From positions 1 to 64,000 of the IMG/VR virus record IMGVR_UViG_3300044615_000294: DNA of 64,000 nt, one strand, 5' to 3'. The first letter of the stretch is position 1. Each line of letters opens with the position of its first letter. Of this stretch, positions 20,018 to 27,344 are shown in pieces. A program made the translations under genes and the position numbers. Under the pieces are notes generated by a model that saw only the letters and a list, made by a program, of their open reading frames with translations, searched no databases and was not told the DNA's origin. This stretch comes from a virus.

Positions 20018-20275
20018 ATGGACAAAGAAACTTTATACAAAGTAGTTGCTATGCTTGATGCAAGATACCAAGAGGCAGAAACATTTTTAGAAGATAATGA
20101 TTTAAATGATTTAGACTTTAATTATGTGCAAGGTTCCAAATTTGCACTTGCCGAATTCAAAGACCATTTACAAAAGGTTATTTATGCTGATGTATATGAC
20201 TCTGAACCACCAACTGAGTTTTGGGAACCAAGAAGACCAAGTGCTGATGAGTTAGAAGATGAGCTGCCTTTTTAA
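20018..20275 (+). CDS. Early acidic protein ending in DELPF (paralogue of next gene)
   Basis: After motif copy 2; followed by a GAGCTGCCTT/AAGGTGGCTC hairpin. Confidence 0.7.
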   Translation: MDKETLYKVVAMLDARYQEAETFLEDNDLNDLDFNYVQGSKFALAEFKDHLQKVIYADVYDSEPPTEFWEPRRPSADELEDELPF

Positions 20276-20337
20276 GGTGGCTCATTACAAATATAATAAC
20301 TATGTTATACTACTAATAAAATTTAAAACTAAATACT

Positions 20338-20535
20338 ATGGACACAAAAACTTTAATTGACGTAGTTGCAAGAATTGATGCAATGATAGAGTACTGTAAT
20401 TACACTGCCGTTAGTGAGGATTGGATAGAAGACTACGGTAATGGCTACAAAGACTCTTTAAAAGAGTTAAGTGAGCATCTACAAAAGGGTATAGATGCTG
20501 ATGTAGCTGCAATGGAAACAAACATGGGGATGTAA
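20338..20535 (+). CDS. Early acidic protein (paralogue of previous gene)
   Basis: MDxxTLxxVVAxxDA...HLQKxIxADV shared with 20018..20275. Confidence 0.7.
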   Translation: MDTKTLIDVVARIDAMIEYCNYTAVSEDWIEDYGNGYKDSLKELSEHLQKGIDADVAAMETNMGM

Positions 20536-20593
20536 CAATCCCCTTTTCATTATAACTGTGTCATACTACTAATAACCATTAAAATATAAAGTC

Positions 20594-20779
20594 ATGATTA
20601 AAACTATTCAGTATGTTTCTTTAAGTATCCTGTTAACAATCTTTCTAGAAGGTTTGTTAACTATGGGTTGGGCGTTTAACTTCAACAAGTATGGAGCATT
20701 TGCTTGGTTAGTTCAAGCAATTATACTTACTACAGTTGTTACAACAGCATTAAGGATTAGGCAAGAACAAGGGGATTAA
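20594..20779 (+). CDS. Early two-TM membrane protein
   Basis: After motif copy 4; two hydrophobic helices. Confidence 0.65.
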   Translation: MIKTIQYVSLSILLTIFLEGLLTMGWAFNFNKYGAFAWLVQAIILTTVVTTALRIRQEQGD

Positions 20780-20842
20780 TTTCCCCTTGTTTTAAATACA
20801 GTAACTGTGTTTTACTACTGTTAAACCATTAAATTATTTATT

Positions 20843-21004
20843 ATGTTAGTACAAAGTATTATTGCTCTTATTAGAGCTGAAATCATTAAGTCAGGACAAA
20901 AACCTGATAGCAAGTATCTTAACTCATTAACCAAGTTAAAGAGAAAAGACTTGTATGACCTACTCAATTCCTATAAACAGGAAAACAAGCTTATGGTTGA
21001 TTAA
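20843..21004 (+). CDS. Early small basic protein (53 aa)
   Basis: Manual translation MLVQSIIALIRAEIIKSGQKPDSKYL...; ATG 26 nt after motif copy 5; GGGG/CCCC hairpin follows. Confidence 0.65.
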   Translation: MLVQSIIALIRAEIIKSGQKPDSKYLNSLTKLKRKDLYDLLNSYKQENKLMVD

Positions 21005-21066
21005 GGGGGAAACCCCTTTTTTATTTAATACATAACTGTGCTTTACTAATCTTAAAATTTAAAACT

Positions 21067-21249
21067 ATGATTGCAAAACTTATCTTTACTTGGTACCTAC
21101 TAACAGGTACAGTTCAACCTGTAGACAATGTTGACGGAAGAACAATCTATGCTATGCCTGATTCTAATATAGAGTATGCTTATGAAGCAGAACTCATAGA
21201 GTATATAGAGACAGGAACATTTGAATACAATGAAGACTTGGAGGATTAA
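21067..21249 (+). CDS. Early acidic protein with hydrophobic N-terminus
   Basis: After motif copy 6. Confidence 0.65.
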   Translation: MIAKLIFTWYLLTGTVQPVDNVDGRTIYAMPDSNIEYAYEAELIEYIETGTFEYNEDLED

Positions 21250-21301
21250 TTCCTCTGAGTCTTAACTGTGTCTTACTATTATTAATTTAAAACTATTTAC
21301 T

Positions 21302-21583
21302 ATGAACAATTTAAAACCTTTCCATTCTCATGACTGTGAGAAATGCACACACTTAACATCTATATCTAAAGATGATTTAGAATATGATTTGTACTTCTGT
21401 ACAGGGGGCTTTGATGATGAGCCTTATTGCCATACTGTTATAGCAAGGTTTGGTGAATATGGAGCTTACATGTCAGGATTAGAGTTTTCAGATAAAGGTC
21501 CACTTAAAGAAGCTGCTATGCTTGCAATAGAAGCAGGACTCTTAGACCATGAAGTTTGGGTTGATCTAACTAGAAGAGATTGA
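21302..21583 (+). CDS. Early protein with HDCxxC metal-binding motif
   Basis: HSHDCEKC...DLYFC...TVIARFG...YMSG; after motif copy 7. Confidence 0.7.
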   Translation: MNNLKPFHSHDCEKCTHLTSISKDDLEYDLYFCTGGFDDEPYCHTVIARFGEYGAYMSGLEFSDKGPLKEAAMLAIEAGLLDHEVWVDLTRRD

Positions 21584-21639
21584 TAGGGGAGTAATCCCCT
21601 TTTAACCTTCTGTAAATAAAAACAATTAAACTATATACT

Positions 21640-21711
21640 ATGATAACAGCAATTCTTTGGGGATTTGTATTCTTGTTGGGATACATTAAGTACTGGTTGA
21701 TAAGGGGGTAA
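21640..21711 (+). CDS. 23-aa hydrophobic peptide
   Basis: MITAILWGFVFLLGYIKYWLIRG with an A-rich leader and a GGGG/CCCC hairpin over the stop. Confidence 0.4.
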   Translation: MITAILWGFVFLLGYIKYWLIRG

Positions 21712-21933
21712 TTCCCCTTTTCTTTTTTTGAAAAGTTAGCCAAGGAGTGTTAAGTATCCACACGGTGGAGCAAGTAGACTTTGGTACTGATAATCAGCCA
21801 CTTACAAAATGTGATGGTTTACCCAAAATACCCTCACACTAGTCCACCACACTTTTAGAGCTTCGCGTCTTTTTTATAACTGTGTTCTACTACTATTGTT
21901 GTTTTATTTATTAACCCATTAAAATTATTAAAA

Positions 21934-22221
21934 ATGGAAAAAATTGTAAGTGGTATTTTGGTTTCTTGTTCTGACAATGCTAAGGCTAATGTTAATGGTA
22001 CTCAGTACTACAACTGCACCGTTGAGTATAACGGGGAACAGTTCAGTGCTATTATGTACTCTACTGTTTATGACCGTGGCTTTACAATAGGCAGTACTGT
22101 TAACTTCAGTGTTAAAGTTACTGATGCTGCAACAGGTGACGTTATATTATCTGTGTTAGGTGCAGGTGCTAAACGTGCTACTGCTAATGCATTTGGCATT
22201 GAACTTCCTGCTATTGCATAG
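21934..22221 (+). CDS. Early protein, possible OB-fold
   Basis: After motif copy 8; beta-rich. Confidence 0.65.
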   Translation: MEKIVSGILVSCSDNAKANVNGTQYYNCTVEYNGEQFSAIMYSTVYDRGFTIGSTVNFSVKVTDAATGDVILSVLGAGAKRATANAFGIELPAIA

Positions 22222-22234
22222 TAGGTTCCGTATT

Positions 22235-22272
22235 AAACAGTGTGTGTCTACCAAGGCATGCACTGTTTTTTT
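22235..22272 (+). terminator. Intrinsic terminator
   Basis: ACAGTGTGTGTCT/AGGCATGCACTGT stem with G-U pairs followed by a T7 run. Confidence 0.7.
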
Positions 22273-22552
22273 AATACAGGAGCTACGCGTCTTTCTTTTA
22301 ACTGTGTTTTACTCCTCTTGTTGTTAGTTAACACCGGTCTACAACGCATTAACCCGGTCAACAGCTTTAAACACTTATGGATTAAAATAAATTCCGGAAT
22401 AAGTTAGTTTAAATAAGTGTATGTAACTAACTGATTATTAACCCCTCTTTATATCCTTACCTAATTATCTTACTGTATTTTACTATACTAGTATAGTATA
22501 GTTAAGGATTTTATATAGCTAACTTGTTACTTAACCCTTAATACATTTAACT

Positions 22553-22780
22553 ATGCATAGAGCTACTTACTTCCTATATGGAGTTCTATTCTCTCTTACA
22601 GTATATACTGTGTTTTACTCTATAGGAAAGACAGAGAGAAAGACTCCGGTCAAAGGTATAGACCGAGAATATTATTTAGAAGTTTCCCAAGATAGTATTT
22701 GGGTTGAATCTAGACAAGGTCAAATTTATAGTGGTAAATATACAGACTTAGACAGTCTTATTACCATTGATAACTTATAA
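22553..22780 (+). CDS. Hypothetical protein with N-terminal TM
   Basis: ORF track. Confidence 0.55.
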   Translation: MHRATYFLYGVLFSLTVYTVFYSIGKTERKTPVKGIDREYYLEVSQDSIWVESRQGQIYSGKYTDLDSLITIDNL

Positions 22781-22784
22781 TTAA

Positions 22785-23025
22785 TTGCAATATAGTTTCT
22801 AACAGCCAGTAATGGTCATCCGAAGGTAGAGCTATAAGTTGAGAAGGATATACTTATCTAGGTATTGCAACCTTGTGAGAGTACAGATGGTGTAGAGATT
22901 GTAGTATAATGGACGCATTATATGAGGCTCTATATTCTATACAGGGGTCAGTATAGTCTTAAATTTTGTAACCTGAAGAGGGTTTTATAATACTAATCCT
23001 AGCAATGAGATACCCCATTGTTAGG
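22785..23025 (+). ncRNA. Candidate structured ncRNA upstream of the ribozyme
   Basis: ORF-free; at least five stems, G-U pairs, a GTAA tetraloop and two complementary loop pairs (ATCC/GGAT; GGGT/ACCC). Confidence 0.45.
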
Positions 23026-23141
23026 TATTAATGCACCATTCCTGATTCCCAAGGTCAGGCAGTTGTAATAGACCAATATCGGGAATAGAAAGGCTTCTCA
23101 ACAGCACACTCTAATCTATTACAACTGAGTGCAGAGGGATA
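23026..23141 (+). ncRNA. Twister self-cleaving ribozyme (type P1, extended P5)
   Basis: P1 TAT/ATA; L1 UAA; P2 TGCA/TGCA; T2 CC/GG; P4 CCTGA/TCAGG around TCCCAAGG; 12-bp P5 CAGTTGTAATAG/CTATTACAACTG; GAGGG 3' strand. Confidence 0.72.
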
Positions 23142-23184
23142 ATCAACTTATAGAAACTTTATTTATCAACTTAAAATTACACTT

Positions 23185-23529
23185 ATGAACAAAACAGTCC
23201 CTTTTGGTTACCATTCATTTGGTAGTCACACTCTGATTAAACTTAACATGAATCTTACATTTGAAGATGCTGTCGAACTTAGAAAACTATATGATTTCAA
23301 TGTCATGTACTGTAATAGTAAAAAGAAACCACATCTCTATAGAATAGAAGGTGTTATTTCATGGAATAACAGTGATGGAGAAAAATATATTAGTTGGTTT
23401 GAAAAACTAAAAGTTTGCCGAATTAATGCTAAGATGCACAAACTTGCATGTAAGAAACAAGCACTGTTAGATAGTGCATTAGGTATGGAAAATTATATCC
23501 AACCTGTTGATTTAGATTTACCCTTTTAA
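23185..23529 (+). CDS. Hypothetical protein ending in DLDLPF
   Basis: ORF track. Confidence 0.6.
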   Translation: MNKTVPFGYHSFGSHTLIKLNMNLTFEDAVELRKLYDFNVMYCNSKKKPHLYRIEGVISWNNSDGEKYISWFEKLKVCRINAKMHKLACKKQALLDSALGMENYIQPVDLDLPF

Positions 23530-23540
23530 AATTTATGATT

Positions 23541-23678
23541 ATGAAAACAATTGGAATTGTATTATTATGGTTTGTATTTATTGGCATACTAGCATCTTTT
23601 GTTAGTTGTGCCAGCGGTCACCACTGTGACGCTTATGGTCAGACAAAGCAAGTAGAAACTAAAACTGTAAGCAAATGA
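23541..23678 (+). CDS. Small putative lipoprotein (45 aa)
   Basis: MKTIGIVLLWFVFIGILASFVSCASGHHCDAYGQ...; lipobox FVS-C; stop overlaps the next ATG. Confidence 0.6.
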   Translation: MKTIGIVLLWFVFIGILASFVSCASGHHCDAYGQTKQVETKTVSK

Positions 23679-23929
23679 TTTACAGTAAATTAAGAAAATT
23701 AGAACAGCAAAAGAGGGATATACAGTCCCTCATTATTGCTGCATACCAGTCAAGTGCAGATCCTGATGTTGTTATGATTAGAGTATCTGATTTACAGACA
23801 GACTTAGAATCTGTTAATGACGAGATACAGATGGAAGAAACATTTGTAAGACTCAAATGGGGTCTTGCATTCTTTGTTGTTGCATCATTGATATTAATTA
23901 TTGTTACACTATTTAAAACTTTATTATGA
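23675..23929 (+). CDS. Coiled-coil protein with C-terminal TM
   Basis: ORF track. Confidence 0.6.
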   Translation: MIYSKLRKLEQQKRDIQSLIIAAYQSSADPDVVMIRVSDLQTDLESVNDEIQMEETFVRLKWGLAFFVVASLILIIVTLFKTLL

Positions 23930-24216
23930 TTAAGCTTTTATTATTTATTTTATTGATTGCCAATACTGCATTTTCTGGAGTAGCAGATGATGGTATGTAT
24001 AACGGATTAACAAAGTCCGAGAAAAAGTTTGTAAAAAATATAGAGATTATGCAGCAAGAACATATTGTTAGTATAAAAAGACAAAGTCCTAGCTATATAT
24101 TGGTAGTTTTCCCAACTGCTAAATATTTACTAAATACAGCTACAGGATTTGTATCAAATGTTTGGATTCTCAGTGATGATGATCTTACTTGGGAAGAAAT
24201 GGGACCAGAATATTAA
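23926..24216 (+). CDS. Secreted hypothetical protein
   Basis: Signal peptide ending ANTAFS. Confidence 0.6.
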   Translation: MIKLLLFILLIANTAFSGVADDGMYNGLTKSEKKFVKNIEIMQQEHIVSIKRQSPSYILVVFPTAKYLLNTATGFVSNVWILSDDDLTWEEMGPEY

Positions 24217-24217
24217 T

Positions 24218-24225
24218 TATATTTG
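24218..24225 (+). promoter_or_regulatory. Bacteroidota -7 promoter element TAnnTTTG upstream of the tRNA
   Basis: TATATTTG(C). The same element lies upstream of genes at 48166 (+) and at 10091, 17907, 19324 and 35453 (-). Confidence 0.55.
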
Positions 24226-24280
24226 CGTGCACCTCCAACCGCAGTAAGCAGACAAAAGGTGTAATAGTCTGTTTAATATT

Positions 24281-24354
24281 GGTCCTGTAGCTCAGCTGGA
24301 TAGAGCAACTGCCTTCTAAGCAGTAGGTCTTTGGTTCGAATCCAAACAGGATCA
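24281..24354 (+). tRNA. tRNA-Arg (anticodon TCT)
   Basis: GGTCCTG/CAGGATC acceptor stem, TAGCTCAGCTGGATAGAGC D-arm, ACTGC-CTTCTAA-GCAGT anticodon arm, GGTTCGAATCC T-arm; CCA not encoded. Confidence 0.95.
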
Positions 24355-24378
24355 CTGTTATTAACCAAAATCACTTAT

Positions 24379-24606
24379 ATGGATTACAATGAAAAACTTA
24401 TAACATCTGTCATGGGATTTGACTTTAAAGTTTCTATTAAAGATGAGCATAACCAGTTGGTTAAACAAGGTATAAAATATACCATACAGAGAAAACAAGG
24501 TACTATAAATGCATTTAAGCAAAGAGTAACTGATAAGAAATGGTTTACCCATTTTAATGATGGTCTATATAACAAGATATTAGACTACAGAAAAAACAAT
24601 GACTAG
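24379..24606 (+). CDS. Hypothetical protein
   Basis: ATG at 24379 used because the track's 24331 start overlaps the tRNA. Confidence 0.6.
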   Translation: MDYNEKLITSVMGFDFKVSIKDEHNQLVKQGIKYTIQRKQGTINAFKQRVTDKKWFTHFNDGLYNKILDYRKNND

Positions 24607-24763
24607 ATACTTAAGATAGTGTATTCCTGCGAATATGCTTTTCCTGACCAAATAATAGGGGGATTAAGTTCCCCCTTTTATTGTTAGCTATATATTGCAT
24701 TATATTATTTTTCAGAAGCAATTGTACTTGATTTTATCACGTATTTTTACTACAGAATAAATA

Positions 24764-25036
24764 ATGTTATATCAGTTACCAAACGGGAAGGTTGTGCATC
24801 TAAGCATAGAGGAATTTCTAGATCTTACAGATCTTGATATACAGTTCTTAATGTCTATAGATTATGGTGAACATATCATAGACCCTTTTACCGGTTCTGC
24901 TGTTGAGAAAAACACCAGAGAAAAATATATTGATACAGACTTTCTTCCACTAGAAGATTATGACCTTAATGATATACCATCAGAGGATTTACCATTTGAT
25001 GATATCATTGACTTAGAGGATCCACTGGATAACTAG
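24764..25036 (+). CDS. Very acidic small protein
   Basis: MLYQLPNGKVVHLSIEEFLDLTD...; D/E-rich. Confidence 0.7.
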   Translation: MLYQLPNGKVVHLSIEEFLDLTDLDIQFLMSIDYGEHIIDPFTGSAVEKNTREKYIDTDFLPLEDYDLNDIPSEDLPFDDIIDLEDPLDN

Positions 25037-25153
25037 TATTGCTAATCGCGATATGCAATACTAACCACTTATCACTTAGCATGAGTAACTAATGATATAG
25101 TAAATCTACACTCAACAATCTATTTATTTATTTATTTATTAAAACCAAGAATT

Positions 25154-25627
25154 ATGAATTCAACAGTTAAAGTTGTAGCTGATGCTACTACAGGTGCAGT
25201 AGTTAGAGTTTCTGAAACCAATCCAGAGTTTGCTTCTGTAAGATTAGAGCAAGTACGTACAGTAATTGGAAACAATAACTTTATTGAGCGTAAAACAGTT
25301 TCTACCTTATTACAAGGTGCAACTGCTGACTTAACAGCAATGGGCTTTTATGCAGGTCAAGAGTTACCAGGTACTATTGTTATTGAAGAGTCTTTAACTC
25401 CATTTAACAAAAAGAATCCTGAGCGTGATCTTAAAATTGCTGGTGAGACAGGAATTATCTGTAGTGTAGGTGGTCAGCCAATTTACCGAAGAGCAGTATT
25501 TTCTACTGCATCTAATGCAACAGATACACTTATTAAGCATGATAATGTAGAGCAATTGCGTTCTGCATATTCTTCAGCAAATAGTTCTGCTATCAGAAAT
25601 GCGGCAGGACAAGACTTTAATATCTAA
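25154..25627 (+). CDS. Conserved hypothetical protein (possible ssDNA-binding OB-fold)
   Basis: Strong codon bias, own terminator at about 25650-25675. Confidence 0.6.
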   Translation: MNSTVKVVADATTGAVVRVSETNPEFASVRLEQVRTVIGNNNFIERKTVSTLLQGATADLTAMGFYAGQELPGTIVIEESLTPFNKKNPERDLKIAGETGIICSVGGQPIYRRAVFSTASNATDTLIKHDNVEQLRSAYSSANSSAIRNAAGQDFNI

Positions 25628-25695
25628 GATATTGGGTTGATGAAGTAATTGGGGGTGGGTAACTGCCCCCTTTTATTTTTTATGATTATTAATTT

Positions 25696-26196
25696 ATGAA
25701 AAAAATGTATAAAATGGAAAAGTTAAAACAGCAGGTTAAAAATTATCAGTTAAATGCAGGTAAAACATACATGCAGTATGAATCAGATGGATACTCTCAG
25801 TATCAGAATTATTTATATAAGCGTGCTTTGTATGGCCTAAATGCGCTGACAAAAGAAGAGCTAGACACAATGTGTAGCAAAAAGAAACAAAGAATACTAA
25901 ATGTATATAAGCGTGCTCAAAGAGTACTTAATGTTTTTAAACAACAAGTTACTAATCAGTATAGCAATTATATATTCCAAACTTTGTTCCCCAAAAGTCC
26001 ATGGACAGAAGCTATGATAGCTTATTCTGAGGTAGATGAGAAGTATACTAATACTTTAACTTTTAAAGATTTAAACATTGGAAAGAGTGATATTATCAGT
26101 ATCTTTATGTCTGAAGGTATACTTCCTAAAAACTTTTTAAGTTTACAGGAAGCACCGGTCACTTTACCAAGACTAAAGAATGCAGCAAAAGCTTAA
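25696..26196 (+). CDS. Hypothetical protein
   Basis: ORF track. Confidence 0.65.
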   Translation: MKKMYKMEKLKQQVKNYQLNAGKTYMQYESDGYSQYQNYLYKRALYGLNALTKEELDTMCSKKKQRILNVYKRAQRVLNVFKQQVTNQYSNYIFQTLFPKSPWTEAMIAYSEVDEKYTNTLTFKDLNIGKSDIISIFMSEGILPKNFLSLQEAPVTLPRLKNAAKA

Positions 26197-26590
26197 AGAA
26201 TGTGACGGTTGTGGAAAAGAAACCGTTATATGGAAGAACCATGGGGGATTCAAGTATTGTAAATATTGTTGGAGTTGCCAAAATCCCAAGAATAAAGATA
26301 ATATACAGAAACCAACTGATTATAAAATCCCCCAGGTTTCTTCTAAAAGGAAGAAAAAAGATGCAGAGTATCTTAAACTTAGACAAAGATATCTTACAGA
26401 CTTCAGTCTATGTCAGATAGCAGTAAAAGATTGTAGTATTAATGCCACAGATGTACACCATACATACGCTGGTGCTAATAGAGATGCTTTTTATTTGGTG
26501 CAGTCCACGTGGCTTGCCGTTTGTAGAAATTGTCATGACTGGGTTCATGCACATCCAAAAGAGTCTAGGGCTCTTGGCTATTTAAAATAA
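26180..26590 (+). CDS. HNH endonuclease with zinc ribbons
   Basis: CDGC...CKYC; DVHH...VCRNCHDWVH. Confidence 0.75.
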   Translation: MQQKLKECDGCGKETVIWKNHGGFKYCKYCWSCQNPKNKDNIQKPTDYKIPQVSSKRKKKDAEYLKLRQRYLTDFSLCQIAVKDCSINATDVHHTYAGANRDAFYLVQSTWLAVCRNCHDWVHAHPKESRALGYLK

Positions 26591-26600
26591 CTTAAAAAAT

Positions 26601-27344
26601 ATGATTATGAATTTGATTGGAAAAGAACTAAAATTAAAATTAACTACTGATTATTCAAAGTTTGCAGTACTTCCTATGAATAGAGGAATTGATAGCAAAC
26701 ATGTACAAAAGATGATTTCATCTATTAGATTAATGGGAGTAATAAGACCAGTAGTAACAACTACTACTAATGTTATTGAAGGAGAAACAAAGACTTATAT
26801 TATTGATGGTCAGCATCTTGCTACAGCACTAGAAAGAGAAGGTTTGTCAATACCACATGTTGATATTGCTGTTGAATCTGAAGAAGATTTAGTTGAAAAG
26901 ATGGCTTATTTAAATAACTCAAGCAAGTCTTGGGATTTAATGAACTACATCAATGCATGGAAAATGATCCGCCCAGATTACATGAAGTTATTCAAATGGA
27001 AAAACATGTATGATATAGAAATAACCATGCTAGCTGCAATTGGTATTAATAATGCAGGAATTAGAAATACTACTTCTAGCATTAAAACTGGTAATTTCCA
27101 AATTACTAATCCAAAAGCAGAAGATATGTGCAAAGCATTTAATGATATCTTCTTGAAGATTGGTATGTCAGACAGAAGTGTTAAGTTTCAGTTTCTTGCA
27201 GCATTCTTGCAGGCATATGGAACATATAATCACACAAAAGTTATGTCTAATATTGAAAAACATATGAAGACAGTTAAACTACTGACTGATGGAGATTCTA
27301 CTGGTGCATACATTAGAACTAAAATCTTTAATTTGCCAAAATAA
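26601..27344 (+). CDS. ParB/Srx-like N-terminal domain protein
   Basis: NRGIDSKHV...YIIDGQHLATAL...LNNSSKSW. Confidence 0.7.
   Translation: MIMNLIGKELKLKLTTDYSKFAVLPMNRGIDSKHVQKMISSIRLMGVIRPVVTTTTNVIEGETKTYIIDGQHLATALEREGLSIPHVDIAVESEEDLVEKMAYLNNSSKSWDLMNYINAWKMIRPDYMKLFKWKNMYDIEITMLAAIGINNAGIRNTTSSIKTGNFQITNPKAEDMCKAFNDIFLKIGMSDRSVKFQFLAAFLQAYGTYNHTKVMSNIEKHMKTVKLLTDGDSTGAYIRTKIFNLPK

Larger units (their letters stand above)
19726..22313 (+). repeat. Nine dispersed copies of the 15-bp motif TAACTRTGYYHTACT; putative phage early promoters
   Basis: Copies start at 19726, 19977, 20297, 20553, 20802, 21033, 21263, 21877 and 22299, all on the plus strand; seven lie 19-26 nt before an ATG. Confidence 0.85.

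Noticed and set aside
19726-22313. CRISPR array
   Set aside because: Repeats are only 15 bp and degenerate, spaced about 230-610 bp apart, and the intervals are protein-coding genes
22973-22979. Hammerhead ribozyme (CTGAAGA core)
   Set aside because: No correctly placed GAAA after a stem II and no matching stems I/III
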